64,000 bases of DNA from Octopus bimaculoides (GCF_001194135.2 NC_068982.1:2101576-2165575), one strand, 5' to 3'; positions 1-13,754 are shown, counted from the stretch's first letter. Notes: generated by a model not told the origin, from the letters alone. Translations and numbers: made by a program.

Positions 1-127
1 GGCATCAGGCGTTTTATAAAATACTGTCTGCTGTTTTTTTTTGTTTTTTTTTTTGGTTGGGGTGGGATTTTATCGCACGAAATGATTTCTAGCTCATAAA
101 AAAAGATAGTGTTTATTAAATAATATA

Positions 128-602
128 TGTGCATGGGGACAGGCCTTGTCGTGCAGTAGAAGAACTCCATGCTGCCGATTATGTCCTTTCTCTTGAATAG
201 AGTTCCGCGTTGACCGTTTGGTTCCGTTCAAGCAATTCTTAATGGATAATCCCTTCCCAGTCCCACCATACGCACAACATCGTTTTACGCGGATGAAGAA
301 TTTTGTTTCACGCACGTTGTCGCTTCTTTACTGGGGCTATGCCATTTTTTACGCTGCTTCATATTGATGCAAAGGCACCATTTTTCGTCGCCAGTAACGA
401 TTCGGTAAAGAAATCATTGCTTGTCTCCAGAAGTTGAGCGGTACCGAGCAAGCAAACCAGCGAAGATTGTGACTCGCTGATTTTTGTTGGTTTAACTTAA
501 AGCATGCGGAACTCGTGCTCCATACTTCTGAACCTTTCCCATCGAGGGAAGATGCTTTTCTATAACAGTATAGGAGCATTCCATTTTCTCTGCCAGCTCC
601 CT
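128..602 (-). pseudogene. mariner (DD34D) transposase remnant
   Basis: Minus-strand frames give RELAEKMECSYTVIEKHL...GKVQKYGARVPHALS (HTH/WVPHEL-like), RIVTGDEKW, KTMLCVWWDWEGIIH and GVLLLHDKACPH, with stops and frameshifts. The 5' part is lost in a microsatellite and gap. Confidence 0.9.
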
Positions 603-623
603 TGTTTGTTTATATATATATAT

Positions 624-667
<44 letters not shown>

Positions 668-700
668 NNNNNNNNNNNNNNNNNNNNNNNNNNNNNNNNN

Positions 701-766
<66 letters not shown>

Positions 767-904
767 ATAAATTCACATACATTTATAAAACAATGAAGTC
801 TGGTGCAGTCTTCTGGCTTACCAGTTCCAGCCAAACACTCCAACCCATGACAGCATGGGAAACGTGCATTAAATAATGGTGTCGATATATTTATCATAGT
901 ATAT

Positions 905-2100
905 ATTTTCTAGTCTTCAAATAGGGCAGCATATCCCAGGTATCGAATTACCGACCCATCTCCCTTACACCTCATCTCATCAAATTATTTGAGAGAGTGG
1001 TGCGATCTAGAGTGACTCACTTCCTGGAAAGCAACAACCTGCTGGTTCCCAACCAGCATGGTTTCCGCAATGGCAGCGACCGTCTTACACAGCTTTTGCA
1101 TCATTTCGACGATATCCTAATAGCCATGAGTGAGGGATCCAATGCAGATTTCGTACACCTTGACCACAACATCTTGTTAAAAAAACTGTGCAAGGGATGC
1201 TTCTAAAGTGGTTTAAATCCTTTCTGGTGAACAGAACGCAGCATGTGGTGATCAATGGTGTTCGATCAAGCACAGCAAAAGTCGTCAGTGGTGTCCCACA
1301 AGGCACTGTGTTAGTCTCACTCCTGTTCCTTATCTACATAAATGACATCATCAGGGTCATTAAATAACATAATATAAACATTTCTGCGGATGACTCAAAG
1401 CTTCTGGAGGTTGTCAACAGGATGGGAGACCGAACAAATCTTCAATCAAACCTATTTGCTGTTATCCAACGGGCGCAAAAACATAACATGCAACTGAACG
1501 AGAACAAGTTTGAGCTAATGCACTTTGGTAAAGAGGCTGCACTTAATCAGATATTCTTCCTTCAGGCGAACAGATCACGGCCTGAAACACCGCTAGGGAT
1601 CTCGGTGTGACTGGTGATGATAACTTAAGTTGCAGTGTCCACACAAACATGAACGTCGACATGGCCCGCAGGGCGTGCTCCTGGATGCTCAGGATTTTCC
1701 AGTCTAGAGATGCTCCAACCATTATCCTTTTTTCTACCTTCGCCCTCCCTCACCTTGAATAGTGTCGTCCGCTATGGTCTCTCTACACGAGCTAGAATAT
1801 TAAAAAAGCTTGAAGCATCTCAGAGATCAATTAAAAATATTGATGGTATGTCTAGTCTTAATTACTGGGATCGACTTGCGAATCTCGAACTGTATTCTCT
1901 CCAGCACCGCCGAGAGCGCTTTATTATTTGTATGAGCCACCTCCACCAAATAAACCACCTACACCCGGATATACTGCTACAAACAACAACTCTTTAATCG
2001 AATGGGCAATGGTGCCCAAAGATAACTATACAAAAATAAATTACTAAACGTCTTTTCCAGGTGATGCTATGGCCTGGGCCAATGTGGCCGAAACCTATCC
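905..2100 (+). mobile_element. 5'-truncated CR1-clade LINE (RT and 3' end), decayed
   Basis: SNYRPISL...NQHGFR, SGVPQGTVL, degenerate YADD (ISADDSKL), LKKLEASQRS...LYSLQHRRERF. The 3' end CCAGGTGATGCTATGGCCTGGGCCAAT...GAAACC resembles 37729-37780. Confidence 0.9.
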
Positions 2101-2102
2101 AA

Positions 2103-2138
<36 letters not shown>

Positions 2139-2228
2139 GCAAGGGTGTCACTATGTCACACACACGTATTGTTTCTCTACGTTGCAAACTGTGGACTTAC
2201 CTTCAACTGCTCTACTCTAAATTGCAAT

Positions 2229-2311
<83 letters not shown>

Positions 2312-2881
2312 TGTAGCTGTTAATATTGATTGAGACAGTCACAGAAGTTCGATCGTTCAACTGCGCACATGCACACAGACGGCACGCTAGAACACAAATG
2401 TACATGTGTGTTGGATGTGTGAGAGCGAGATTGAGAGAGAGAGATGATGGTGGAGATGATGATGATGAAATAAATATAAAATAGAATTATTTGGTGACCT
2501 TTATCCGTAAGGGTTTGCATCTCAAAATAATATTTTTTCCGATATCAATTATTGAACAATCTTGTCCGTGTACTTATATATTTTCTCGCCCTTCTGTTTC
2601 CTTGCTAAAGTCAATAAAGCTAATTGATACCCAATGTTATCACCTGCGATTGTCCAAATAACATTAGTTAATAATGATTTATGTTTTTCCCTAGCTGTAC
2701 AGCTACTTAGGGTTACAGGTTGTTTTTTTCTATTCCTGTCTGACAGTTGCTTACGGTTGGATTTTCTTTTTATTCTTCCCGGTCGTATACAATAATTCAA
2801 ATAGATTTGACTGTCATTTGATTGTCACAAAACATAAGGAATCAAATAATCACGTGGTTAGAATAGAAAGAAAGCAATGAT

Positions 2882-3221
2882 AACAAGACCACTCAGCGAG
2901 GGCAAATCTCCGCCAAGGCAATACCAAGGCAACCTCTCAACGATTGGCCGGAGATGAGTTTTAAAATGAGAATATCTCAAATAAACTCGACTGCACTCAC
3001 AAATGAAAAAGGAATCCAACCGTTCTCAAAAATTAAGTAGAAAAACAGGAAACATAATCCAGAATCCTTATCCGGTAGCGGATCGATCCCAAAATCTAAT
3101 CAGTTCGTTCCAGTCACGAGGCCAAACATTCGAATGTATCCAGCGGTTCTTGAGATATCCTGTTCACGAACAAACAAACACGACTGAAAACAATACCTTG
3201 GCCTTCGCGAAGGCGAGATAA
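2882..3221 (+). mobile_element. Helentron-associated (HINE/DINE-1-like) non-autonomous element, candidate
   Basis: Short subterminal inverted repeat GCCAAGG (2912-2918) / CCTTGGC (3196-3202), perfect 14-bp palindrome GCCTTCGCGAAGGC (3201-3214) at the end, short (CAAA)n just upstream. Confidence 0.5.
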
Positions 3222-4485
3222 CAAATAAAAAAGAAGATAAACAGATTTCAGAATAGATAAATACTAATATTTGGTATATAATATATTGGATAGGTATAAA
3301 ATAATTTTGTTTAATATCATTATGTATAAAATGAGAAAACATCAGTCATGGAAGAGGTGATATATTTTGATTCATTAAAGAAATCATTCATCACAGCAGA
3401 TAATATACTCTGCCTTAACAGCTTAATCTTGACGAAGTAGGAAGTTAAATGATTGAGTAGGAGGCGTGTTTGCTTTTCATGGATGTGCCATTTGTTAATA
3501 ACCTATTCATGCAATTTGGCAGGGCTCACATCCAGGCATAATATCCGTCGAAAGGTAAAAGACGAACATATAGTAACAAGCAAGTGAAATGAATTAGGCT
3601 CTCGGCTTTCCGTTCCTTATTACTTCAGTCGTTTAACTTATCGCGCTGCCGCGAAGTAGTCCTTGTTTCTTGGAAGAAATTTAGCAATGCCCTAATGAAT
3701 TATGTTTTTATTCTTTACATAATACTTGTTAATATGTGTGTGAGAGAGAGAGGATATAGTTGTGTGAGCGTTAGAGTGTGTTTGTGCATGTTTGTACTTG
3801 TGTATGTGTATGACTGTGAAAATGCCGAATTTACATTTCGACCTTTACGCGGGTGATCAAATAATTGCTGAATTGAATGTCGTGACAAACCCTTAAAGGT
3901 AGTGTTCCTGCATGTTAGTAATCTAAACGATTAAAATTTGTAAATGAATGAAATATAAAAATGGCGTCTTTAACTAAAAAGAGAATTTCACGTGACACGG
4001 AAACCTTTTTACATGAATAAAGAATTCAAGCGATGGAGAACAGAGAAAATTTGTTTCCAGATGACATTTACTATAGATTTTGGCTATTCTATCACCAGAA
4101 GAACGGAAGAGAATTAAGTCAGCTCAGGCAATAATTAGAGAAACGCATATTTCATTAATATTGCTAACGGTTCTTTTATGATAACATTTTCCCCTACAGG
4201 TTAGATGAGGTTGATAAAAGTATGAGTGACTCTTATAGTTAAATTTAATAGAGATATTCCTTAAAACAACCAAATTTCTTTCCTAAGCTAACTGGAAGCT
4301 TTGAAATCATTGTTTATGCTCATAAATCAACATTAATTAAATTCAACCTCATCACTTTGCAATAGAGATATATATTAGATTTCAGTGTCTCCCCACTTCC
4401 GTTTTATAACAAGTCTTTTCTTAGCAGTAAGACCAGTAAATTTGTTTTATGTAAATGCAAGAAAAGGTCTGGACATACAGGCGCG

Positions 4486-4517
<32 letters not shown>

Positions 4518-4904
4518 NNNNNNNNNNNNNNNNNNNNNNNNNNNNNNNNNNNNNNNNNNNNNNNNNNNNNNNNNNNNNNNNNNNNNNNNNNNNNNNNNNN
4601 NNNNNNNNNNNNNNNNNNNNNNNNNNNNNNNNNNNNNNNNNNNNNNNNNNNNNNNNNNNNNNNNNNNNNNNNNNNNNNNNNNNNNNNNNNNNNNNNNNNN
4701 NNNNNNNNNNNNNNNNNNNNNNNNNNNNNNNNNNNNNNNNNNNNNNNNNNNNNNNNNNNNNNNNNNNNNNNNNNNNNNNNNNNNNNNNNNNNNNNNNNNN
4801 NNNNTTAAGTAAATGTGAACATTACATGTTCACATTGCTTAAATGGAGTCGCATGAAACGATCGTACTGCATTAAGTTTGGATATCCTTGTTGCTTATTT
4901 TGAT

Positions 4905-4939
<35 letters not shown>

Positions 4940-5803
4940 TTTTTTCTTTTGTGAAACTAGTTTTGTATTAACTTCATCTATCTCACTCGCCTTATATCAT
5001 TTTCGTACCAAGGAGTAAAGTCCGTTTGTTTTATCTTCTTTATATTTTAAAATCAACGGTCATTCAACACGTTGGAATGACCGTTGACCATTTGTATCAT
5101 AATACTTGTATTTTAGCCGAATATGCTGGAAAATTATTGTTTTGCAATTCACGGATCTGTATTTTGTAATTGTGCCTTTATAATGCTTAGTTGTATCCTA
5201 TGTGCAAATTGATGCTATATAATCCGAGGTCGGACATCGTAGCGTAGCGAAATCACAAGTTCTGGTGAGGCAGGCATATCGCAGGATTTATAGAGAACAA
5301 GTAGACCTGTGCAGACTGGAAAAAGAAACATGGAAGGGCTCCACGATGATTTAGTTAAACAATTTGGGTCACGACGGAAAAAAAGAATGACGCAATCAAA
5401 ACACAGCTGGAAGGGCATTGGAGGCAGTGGTATACCACAGCATCTGATGATCTGATCAATTCTATGAGATTTTGTAATTGTGCAGTTATGATACATCATT
5501 GTAATCTACCTTCATATTGATAATATTTAACAGTTCGTATTCTGGGAAATGCCGCCTAACGTCATTCGAGAACATTTCTCAGCCTTTCTCACAGATGTTC
5601 TCTACTTATATATCCCCTCCCCCAGGGGTATGCTACTGATAGTTTTAGAAAAAGGGAAAATATTTTTTCAAGTTGTTCAGCAAAATAATGAAGGTGCATA
5701 GTTTGCCATGTATTTAAATTATAAAGCCAAGACTACAACACACGCACGTAAAAACTCGCGTATATATGTATATATATATATATATACACAGACACACACA
5801 CAA

Positions 5804-5850
<47 letters not shown>

Positions 5851-6039
5851 TATACATATATAAATTTTATATCCCTTGAATTAATTTACGTTTGCTTATC
5901 GACAATGTAACCATTTCTCTAAGGTATCTTCGGCCTGAGGAGTAGCTAGTAGAGTACCACTTGTTCATTAATTATTATTACTTCTGGATATCTGCTAGGT
6001 AGGAAACATAAGTCACGTGGATTTTACCTGTTCCATTCA

Positions 6040-6095
6040 CTCACCCCAGCATGGCCGCAGTCTAATGACTGAAACAACTAAAGGATAAAAGATAC
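6040..6095 (+). mobile_element. SINE 3'-tail fragment
   Basis: CCCCAGCATGGCCGCAGTCTAATGACTGAAACAACTAAAGGATAAAAG matches the tails of the SINEs ending at 51704 and 58243. Confidence 0.7.
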
Positions 6096-8896
6096 AAAAA
6101 TGTAGTTGAGAGTAACTTTGAAGTTTCGGTCAGCTAAGCCATCGTCGAGTTTCAGACCGGCGATCGCTTAGCTAGCTGAACAATGGAAGTCACAGTGAAC
6201 AACATTCTCGAAGAAGAATAATAAATTTGTACAAAACTGTAGAGAAACCCATTAGATTAATGTGAATTGTTTTTTATTATAACTGAACCTAAACACAAAC
6301 AATGTGTTTGTGTGTATGCATATATATGTGTGCGTGTGTACATATGTATATACATACATACACAAATATATATATATATATATATATTATACATTGTTAG
6401 ATAATCAGGGAGGCAAGCATCTCCTGTATCGATGTATTTTATCCATATAAAGATACCTCCCTGTGTCAACTGACATTCAAAGAACTTTTCATTACTCATT
6501 GATGAGTCGTCATAAACCTGAAACACCAAGTATACCAATGTTTTCATCACCTGTACTTGAAATTTCTATAAAATGACCTTGTAGTGAATCATAAGTTTCC
6601 ACAATGGCTCTGCTGGTAGTTGGTGGAACGTATCATTGATTGTGTATCAGATAATACAAAAAAAAAGAACGTACCTCTGAGTAGCACGGAAGTGTGAGAC
6701 TAAATATTTTTAGAAATGTTATCTATGCTTTGATGTGCTCTGCACCTGTTGCAAGATTTGTAAAGCACACTCCATTGAATTTACTACTTGTAATACAATT
6801 TTGTTATATGAAAATGCAAAACCGATCTCAATAGGTTTGTATCAGTAAATGAGAGGTAAGTAAATGGTTTTATAAGATCCTCAGATCTTAAATAGGTATT
6901 TAAAGTTTTAGAATTATTTTTCATGATTTCATGCAAGTAATATATTATTTGAATTAATTTTAATTAGAAGTGTCTTTTCAAAATATGCCTCACGTCTAGC
7001 TACTGCATATTTCATATACTATAAAATTTAGTGTAGATTATCGGAGTGCCGAGATCACCCGTTAAATTTTGTGTCTATATTCGATTACATGAAATTTCAT
7101 TTCAAGAGCGACAAGCATACTTGTAGTAAGAGGAAATGGATTCTTACTACAACTGGTGCGTCTGTGTAAGTTATGAGAATTTTTAGTGTGCAAAACGGTT
7201 ACTTGCCTGTTAATCTTTCGAGAAAGTGGTTCCCTGTATGTATGTGGATATCTTAATCTTGCTGGACAAGTGAGACGAACATGCGTTTTGTAATGGGAAA
7301 GAAAATGTTGACAATTTGATAGAGAATTTATTACACATGTTATATTGATGTGTTTTTTTAATTTCAATATAAAATTATCAGATATGCTAATGCTCTGGTT
7401 AAAGATCTCTCATGCGATTCAGAACAATTACTAATATTTAGAAAACAACAACACGTTAATGTGATTCTTTTTTGCTGCATTTTATACAGTTAGGATTAAA
7501 AATCTAAAATAGCACATATCTTAAAGTATCTAATATTTACTATTAGTTTCAAGTAGAAAATGGACATCATTTATGGACTACTTGATAATAACTTTTGCTC
7601 CGTTCCTGTACTTTAAATTTACAAGATTAGCAGTTATATTGTATGCATGTTACGCACTAGTAAATATTGGAATACCTCTGAGAAAAGGCTAATGGCTGTC
7701 ATAGAGTCAGTAACAAGTGACGGGTTACATCGTAATTAAGTTTGTAAAGCCTTTGGCATGTTTCATGCCTAATGACATAGAGGGACCTCTATAAGAAGCT
7801 TTTAAATCTTCATATTAATAAATGAAAAAAACATTTTAGATGTGAGATATTATTATGCATTGCCATGGGAATAGCATCTTAGCAAGACATTCAATATTCG
7901 CTTTCGATTAAATAAAACAACTTTTTAACTACTGGATAGAGGACAACTTTATACAAGCGAGATTTACATGTTTTCGCCAATCTCATTTGCTTTTATAGAA
8001 AATGATGACACGTACCTCAAGGGATTAAAATATTTATATCTTAATGGAATTTTGATTTTGTTTCCCTGCTTATCAAACAAATCTTACGATAAAATGATAT
8101 GCTAGAATAGCGGCCAAAGTACTTTTCAAACATTGTAAGTTATTACTGGCAACTACAATATACAGCGTAAGAAGCAAATATCAATTAATCCAGTATCTCT
8201 TTTTATATCAGGTAAAAATCATTGAGGACGCTGCATATACGGATATAGCTTACATGTTCTTGGCTTGTTTACATGTCTGCCAATATTGCGGGTCACCGAT
8301 GACCCTTTTTAGTATCAAACCAGGATAAGCTCAATATGTATAACAAATAACTCTGTCATAGACTGGTTTAAGATGAGAGCGTCGTCTCGATCTAAAATAA
8401 GTTCAAAGGTAACTGAAGGCATTTATCAATGTGGTTTTACGAGGGTTGGCAGTGTGATTTTATAAGAAAAACATCAATGACATAATTAACCTTGCTGGGG
8501 AAGAACCACGCGCGCACATACACATATAATGCTCTCTCTCTCTCTCTCTCATATATATNNNNNNNNNNNNNNNNNNNNNNNNNNNNNNNNNNNNNNNNNN
8601 NNNNNNNNNNNNNNNNNNNNNNNNNNNNNNNNNNNNNNNNNNNNNNNATATATATATATATATATATATATATAGTTGGAAAGAAACGAAAGAAGACGGG
8701 TGAGTAAACAACCAGCAGATGTATTAATTTAACGCTCGGGAAGTCAGAAAAGTGAGAAAATTTTTTTCGAGCCTACGCTCTTCGACAGAAAGGAACACTG
8801 AAATAAGCAGAGAGAGAAAAGGAACAAAAAAGCTTTAGTGGTTAGCGATCAATCATGGGGAATCATATAAATAATATATACACACACACACGCACG

Positions 8897-9078
8897 GCGC
8901 GCCTATTAAACGGACGAAGAACTCCATGTTTGTAGAAGGTAACGTTTTAGATGGGGGTGTTTACTGAATACTTGTTTCCTGGAGTTTAAAAAGACCCCCA
9001 GGTCGAGCGAGATTTTTCGGATTCTTACCCTCTGCCAAGTAAAACTTACACCGTTTCGTCCCGTTTATATAAGGCACG
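8897..9078. mobile_element. small element with imperfect terminal inverted repeats (MITE-like)
   Basis: GCCTATTAAACGGACGAA (8901-8918) versus TTCGTCCCGTTTATATAAGGC (9055-9075). Confidence 0.35.
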
Positions 9079-9384
9079 GGTTGTTCAATGAGCTTTCATA
9101 TAATTATGCATAGGGTTCCTTCCTCTTTTATGCACTATACACGGCTGGCCAGGGACGTGATGTTGCTACTTTCGGGTATTCTAAAAGAAGACTTGTGGCT
9201 GTTCAGATTTTAAAGTACGTACATACAATGCTGTAGCTAAGTTTATTACATTTCTTTCATAATCCTTTGTAGTACACACAGGCATATACGTACATATGTA
9301 TGTATGTATGCATATATATATATATATATATATATATACACGTGATGCAACGCACTTTGCATCATTGCTTCTTCTTGGACTTCC

Positions 9385-10192
9385 TTTTCGTAAACATCAA
9401 GATTGGTTTAGTGATAACACAAATGCCCAACAGTTGATAGATAAAGTGCACAGCTCTCACAAAACATGGATAAATGATAAGAGCTCATCCGAAAAAGAGA
9501 ATGCTTATAAGAAATGCAGAAGCCAGGCCTAACATGCTGTGAGACAGATGAAAAAGCTTGGTACTCTTTCAAGTTTACTGAACTCCAAGATGCTGTAGAT
9601 AGAAAAGATTCTAAAGCCTTTTAGGATGGCCTCAAGAAAGTGTATGTTCCTCAAGAGCACGGTGTTACTCCTATATTTTAATCAAATAGAGAGACACGGT
9701 TGACGGACAAATGTGTAATGAATCCTGAAACGATGGAAAGATCACTTTGAAGCCGTGTTTAACTCCACCTCAGTCACTGATGATGATGTCACAATGTCTA
9801 GTCCACATCAAGCTGAAATACAGGAATTGTCTCTGGAGCCAACCTTCCTAGAAGGGGTGAACTAGTTAAACGGATATCTTCTGGTAAAGCGATTGGCAGA
9901 GATGTTGTCTCTCCTGAAGTCTATAAGCATGGTGGATAGAAGCTTTTAAAGAAAGTGCATGACCTTTTTATTAGTATTTAGATGTGTAGCACAGGTCTTC
10001 AAGAAAGCCTCAATTCAACATCTTGATAAGAACAAAAAAAGAAACAGAAGTGTTTGTGATACTCATCGTGAGATATCGTTTCTGTCTATTGCTGGTAAGA
10101 TTCTTGCTCGACTCATTCTTGACAGGATCATCAAACACACTGTAAATGATATCTATCCACAATCAATGTGTGGATTTCGTTTTGGTTCGACA
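9385..10192 (+). mobile_element. RTE-clade (BovB-like) LINE ORF2 fragment, decayed
   Basis: RKHQDWFSDN..., ELQDAVDRKDSKAF, PEVYKHGG, NRSVCDTHREISFLSIAGKILARLILDRI...PQSMCGFR, matching the RTE linker and N-terminal RT motifs. Confidence 0.9.
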
Positions 10193-10194
10193 TG

Positions 10195-11920
10195 ATCCAA
10201 ATTAATATATGGCTTGAACCTCCACGAATATCTACTAGAAAACTGGAAGCGTTACTCAGATGACTGCCTAATCCTATGGACACACACGTTTGATAAAACT
10301 TATAGATTTCAAACATCTAATCAACAGCATAAACAATAATATTAACTTTACCATGGAATACCGTAAAACTCAACTACCATTCTTCGATATACTAATCATC
10401 AAAAGAGATAAAATCATTGAAACATATTCACTACAAACAAACAGATTCTGAACAGTACTCACTGTTTTCCTCATGCCATCCTAAACACAAGAAGAATAAT
10501 ATCCCCTTTAATCTAACAAGAAGAATCTGCACAATTGTCTCAAAGCCTGAATCGAGCAATAAAAGACCCCAGGAACTAAAGCAAGTACTACTTAAAAGAC
10601 AATATCCATTAATGCCAACAGACAACGGAATAGAACGTGCCAAAGCAATAAATATCGCAGAACTACAAAAAAGGAATAACGGTTCAGATACATCCAATAA
10701 TCTACGCTTTATTACAACACACTACCCAAGAAACACAGAGGTATACAATATTATCCACCAGAACAAACCACTACTAAAACAAAATCCAATAATGAAACAA
10801 GCGTTCGAAATACATAAAATAAACAAAAGTAAAAGACAATCAAAGTCCCTCCAAAATTTCCTCACAAGTGCTAAATTACATTCCACAATTCCTACACCAA
10901 CAGTCAAAAAGTGTGGCTGTCCTAATTGCGGGACCTGCATCAACCTTATTGAAGACACAACATACAAATTCAAATCAGGACAAACTTTTACCGTAAAAAA
11001 AAAAAAAAAAAAAAAAACACGTTACATGTTCTTCAAAGAATTTAATAGCTTTGAAATGTCATGGGTGTAATGAAGATTACATAGGTCAAAGAAAGCCTAC
11101 TCTAAGAAATAGACTAACCATTCACCGACAACAAATACGAGACCCCAGTACTAGACAAATTTCACTGAGTGGACAAATAGATATATGTGCAAAAAATAAG
11201 TCGCCTACTTTACAAGTCTTCCCACTCTACCTATGTTCAGCGAATACCACAAATGAAGCACGGATAAACAAAAAAAATTACTTTCATACCAAGATTCAAA
11301 CCAAGACTTAAAACTCTTTTACAGAGTACATACACGAATAACTTTTCACACACAAATTTCATTCTGCCACTGATGAGGAACCAACAAAACTAACAACCTA
11401 AGCTTCAGTACTACATAACAATAACTCCTGTTCACTCTCCCGCCAGACAGATTTAATTTGGAATGCCTTGATTATAACTACACATATTCACTCATGCGTG
11501 TCGGTCTTCTTTCCAAGCGCAAAATATACTGTCACGTGACACTAACGCACGGACGTGGCGGGATACATACAAAAATATATAAACTTAATCAAGGGTTTTC
11601 TACAAACGGCCTTGATTGTCTGGACAATCGTGACAGCCTTAACCTACGACGCCAAACATTGTCACTTGATACTAACACACAGACGTAGCGGAGAACCTAC
11701 AAGAATTTCTAAGACCAGTCATGTGACTATCTTCTACCAATCAAATCCTATTCAAAACATACTAATTTGATCCATGGACTGCTTACAAAATTGGGGCAAG
11801 TTTCAAACACTAGTCAGAAGCAAGACAGCTACGACATAAGTCACGTCTTTCTATTTGAACTTTTTGAAAATCAGCGTAAAATGTGAAACCGGATCAAGCT
11901 TTAAATATATTAATAAAAAA
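10195..11920 (+). mobile_element. 5'-truncated Penelope-like element (Neptune-like): RT C-terminus, Cys-rich linker, GIY-YIG endonuclease, 3' pLTR-like region
   Basis: WKRYSDDCLILW (10244-10280), YSLFSSCHPKHKKNNIPFNLTRRICTI, linker KKCGCPNCGTC, then CHGCNEDYIGQ...LRNRLTIHRQ. The frame is broken at an A23 run (10995-11017). The 3' region ends with a GAAACCGG motif and AATAAA (~11912). Confidence 0.9.
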
Positions 11921-12336
11921 AATATTTTAACTGTTCTCAATGCATTTACAACATCCATTTTTCTTATNNNNNNNNNNNNNNNNNNNNNNNNNNNNNNNNN
12001 NNNNNNNNNNNNNNNNNNNNNNNNNNNNNNNNNNNNNNNNNNNNNNNNNNNNNNNNNNNNNNNNNNNNNNNNNNNNNNNNNNNNNNNNNNNNNNNNNNNN
12101 NNNNNNNNNNNNNNNNNNNNNNNNNNNNNNNNNNNNNNNNNNNNNNNNNNNNNNNNNNNNNNNNNNNNNNNNNNNNNNNNNNNNNNNNNNNNNNNNNNNN
12201 NNNNNNNNNNNNNNNNNNNNNNNNNNNNNNNNNNNNNNNNNNNNNNNNNNNNNNNNNNNNNNNNNNNNNNTATATATATATATATTATTGATGTATATGT
12301 ATATAAAAATATGTGTGTATTTGTGTATGTATATGA

Positions 12337-12368
<32 letters not shown>

Positions 12369-12377
12369 ATACATATT

Positions 12378-12430
<53 letters not shown>

Positions 12431-12780
12431 TTATTAAAGGCATAAATAAAGTATTTTATATATTATTTTGTGCTATAGACTGAAGGCTGGTTCATTTTGG
12501 GTGCGTCGGTGATTGAATATAATCAATCGATATTTTGATCGATTAAAAATATAGTAAACCACTGTTAGAGTATCAACTGCTAAAGAAAAAGGGGATAAGG
12601 AATAGCAGAACAATAAAACAAAAAAGAGAGGAGGAAGTATGCCATTGTTATATCTCCATTAAGCTATTGTTCTCTCTTTCCACAGTTGACGAGTATTAAC
12701 ATGGAGTATCGAAATTTAATATCCAATAACCTCCTTAGTGACTGGCTTGTTAGCGAATTCTACAATGAGTGTATGTTTTG

Positions 12781-12888
<108 letters not shown>

Positions 12889-13692
12889 GTGTGCGTGTGT
12901 GTGCGTGTGTGCTTTTCTACGTATGTATGTATATTTATGTATGTATTATGTATGTATGTACAGGTAAATAGATAGATAGCTAGATAAATACATACATACA
13001 TACATAAAGAGATAGATATGTTAGTTGAGTATAGCTATAGATTGAGTCGTTTCATAACGTCACATTGAGACCAGAGTTCAGAGATAAAACATTTATATCA
13101 CTGTTCCTGAATAAGATCATCTCATCACTTATAACAATGTGTATACTTGGCAATTAATTCAGGTTTCATTAGTTTATAAGTCTGAAGATATTTCTTTTTA
13201 CACCCGGATTAATATAGAATTAGTCAGAAAGTGTTACAGTTCCAAACAACCACGTAATAGGAAGAATAAATTGCATAAATGTTTTGAAGTTTATTGCGGA
13301 TGTTAAGGCTGATGGTAATAATACTTTTGTTGCTGTGCCTCAAACGATAATAAATCTCCTACGTACTACATGCTAAATTGGAAATAGAAACATACAGCTA
13401 CTCAATATACATGAAAGGGGAAAAGAAAACAGAAGAAAATGTAAACGAAAAATAATGGCTATTGATTTCAGTTCTAATCCGGAAAAGTCAATGTTTAAAA
13501 TTTCTGTCCGAGTAATATTTATCTAATAACAGCTGAATAAAGATATGCTCTACGTGTACAATAACAGCGCACCATCATATAGCAATTAATAACATGGTTT
13601 GAGTATATGGAAATACGCTACACAAATATGGCCTGCTCGCCATTGAATACACATATATGCATGCATATATATAAGTAAATCAATCTATCAGC

Positions 13693-13754
<62 letters not shown>

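Noticed and set aside
5215-5500. GC-richer block with weak Tc1 C-terminal resemblance (DDLINSM)
   Set aside because: No catalytic motif is recognisable and the similarity is too weak to call.
6120-6160. Minus-strand CTCGACGATGG...CCGAAAC resembling a PLE terminal hammerhead
   Set aside because: The core is altered and the stems do not pair convincingly in this copy.
6400-6660. Possible LINE endonuclease remnant (YVPP...ILG) on the minus strand
   Set aside because: The GDFN motif and neighbouring motifs are absent.
9071-9090. TAAGGCACG resembling the start of miR-124
   Set aside because: The match stops after 9 nt, there is no precursor hairpin, and it lies in a repeat end.
11368-11390. CTGATGAGG inside the Penelope 3' region
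   Set aside because: No downstream GAAA or stem II.
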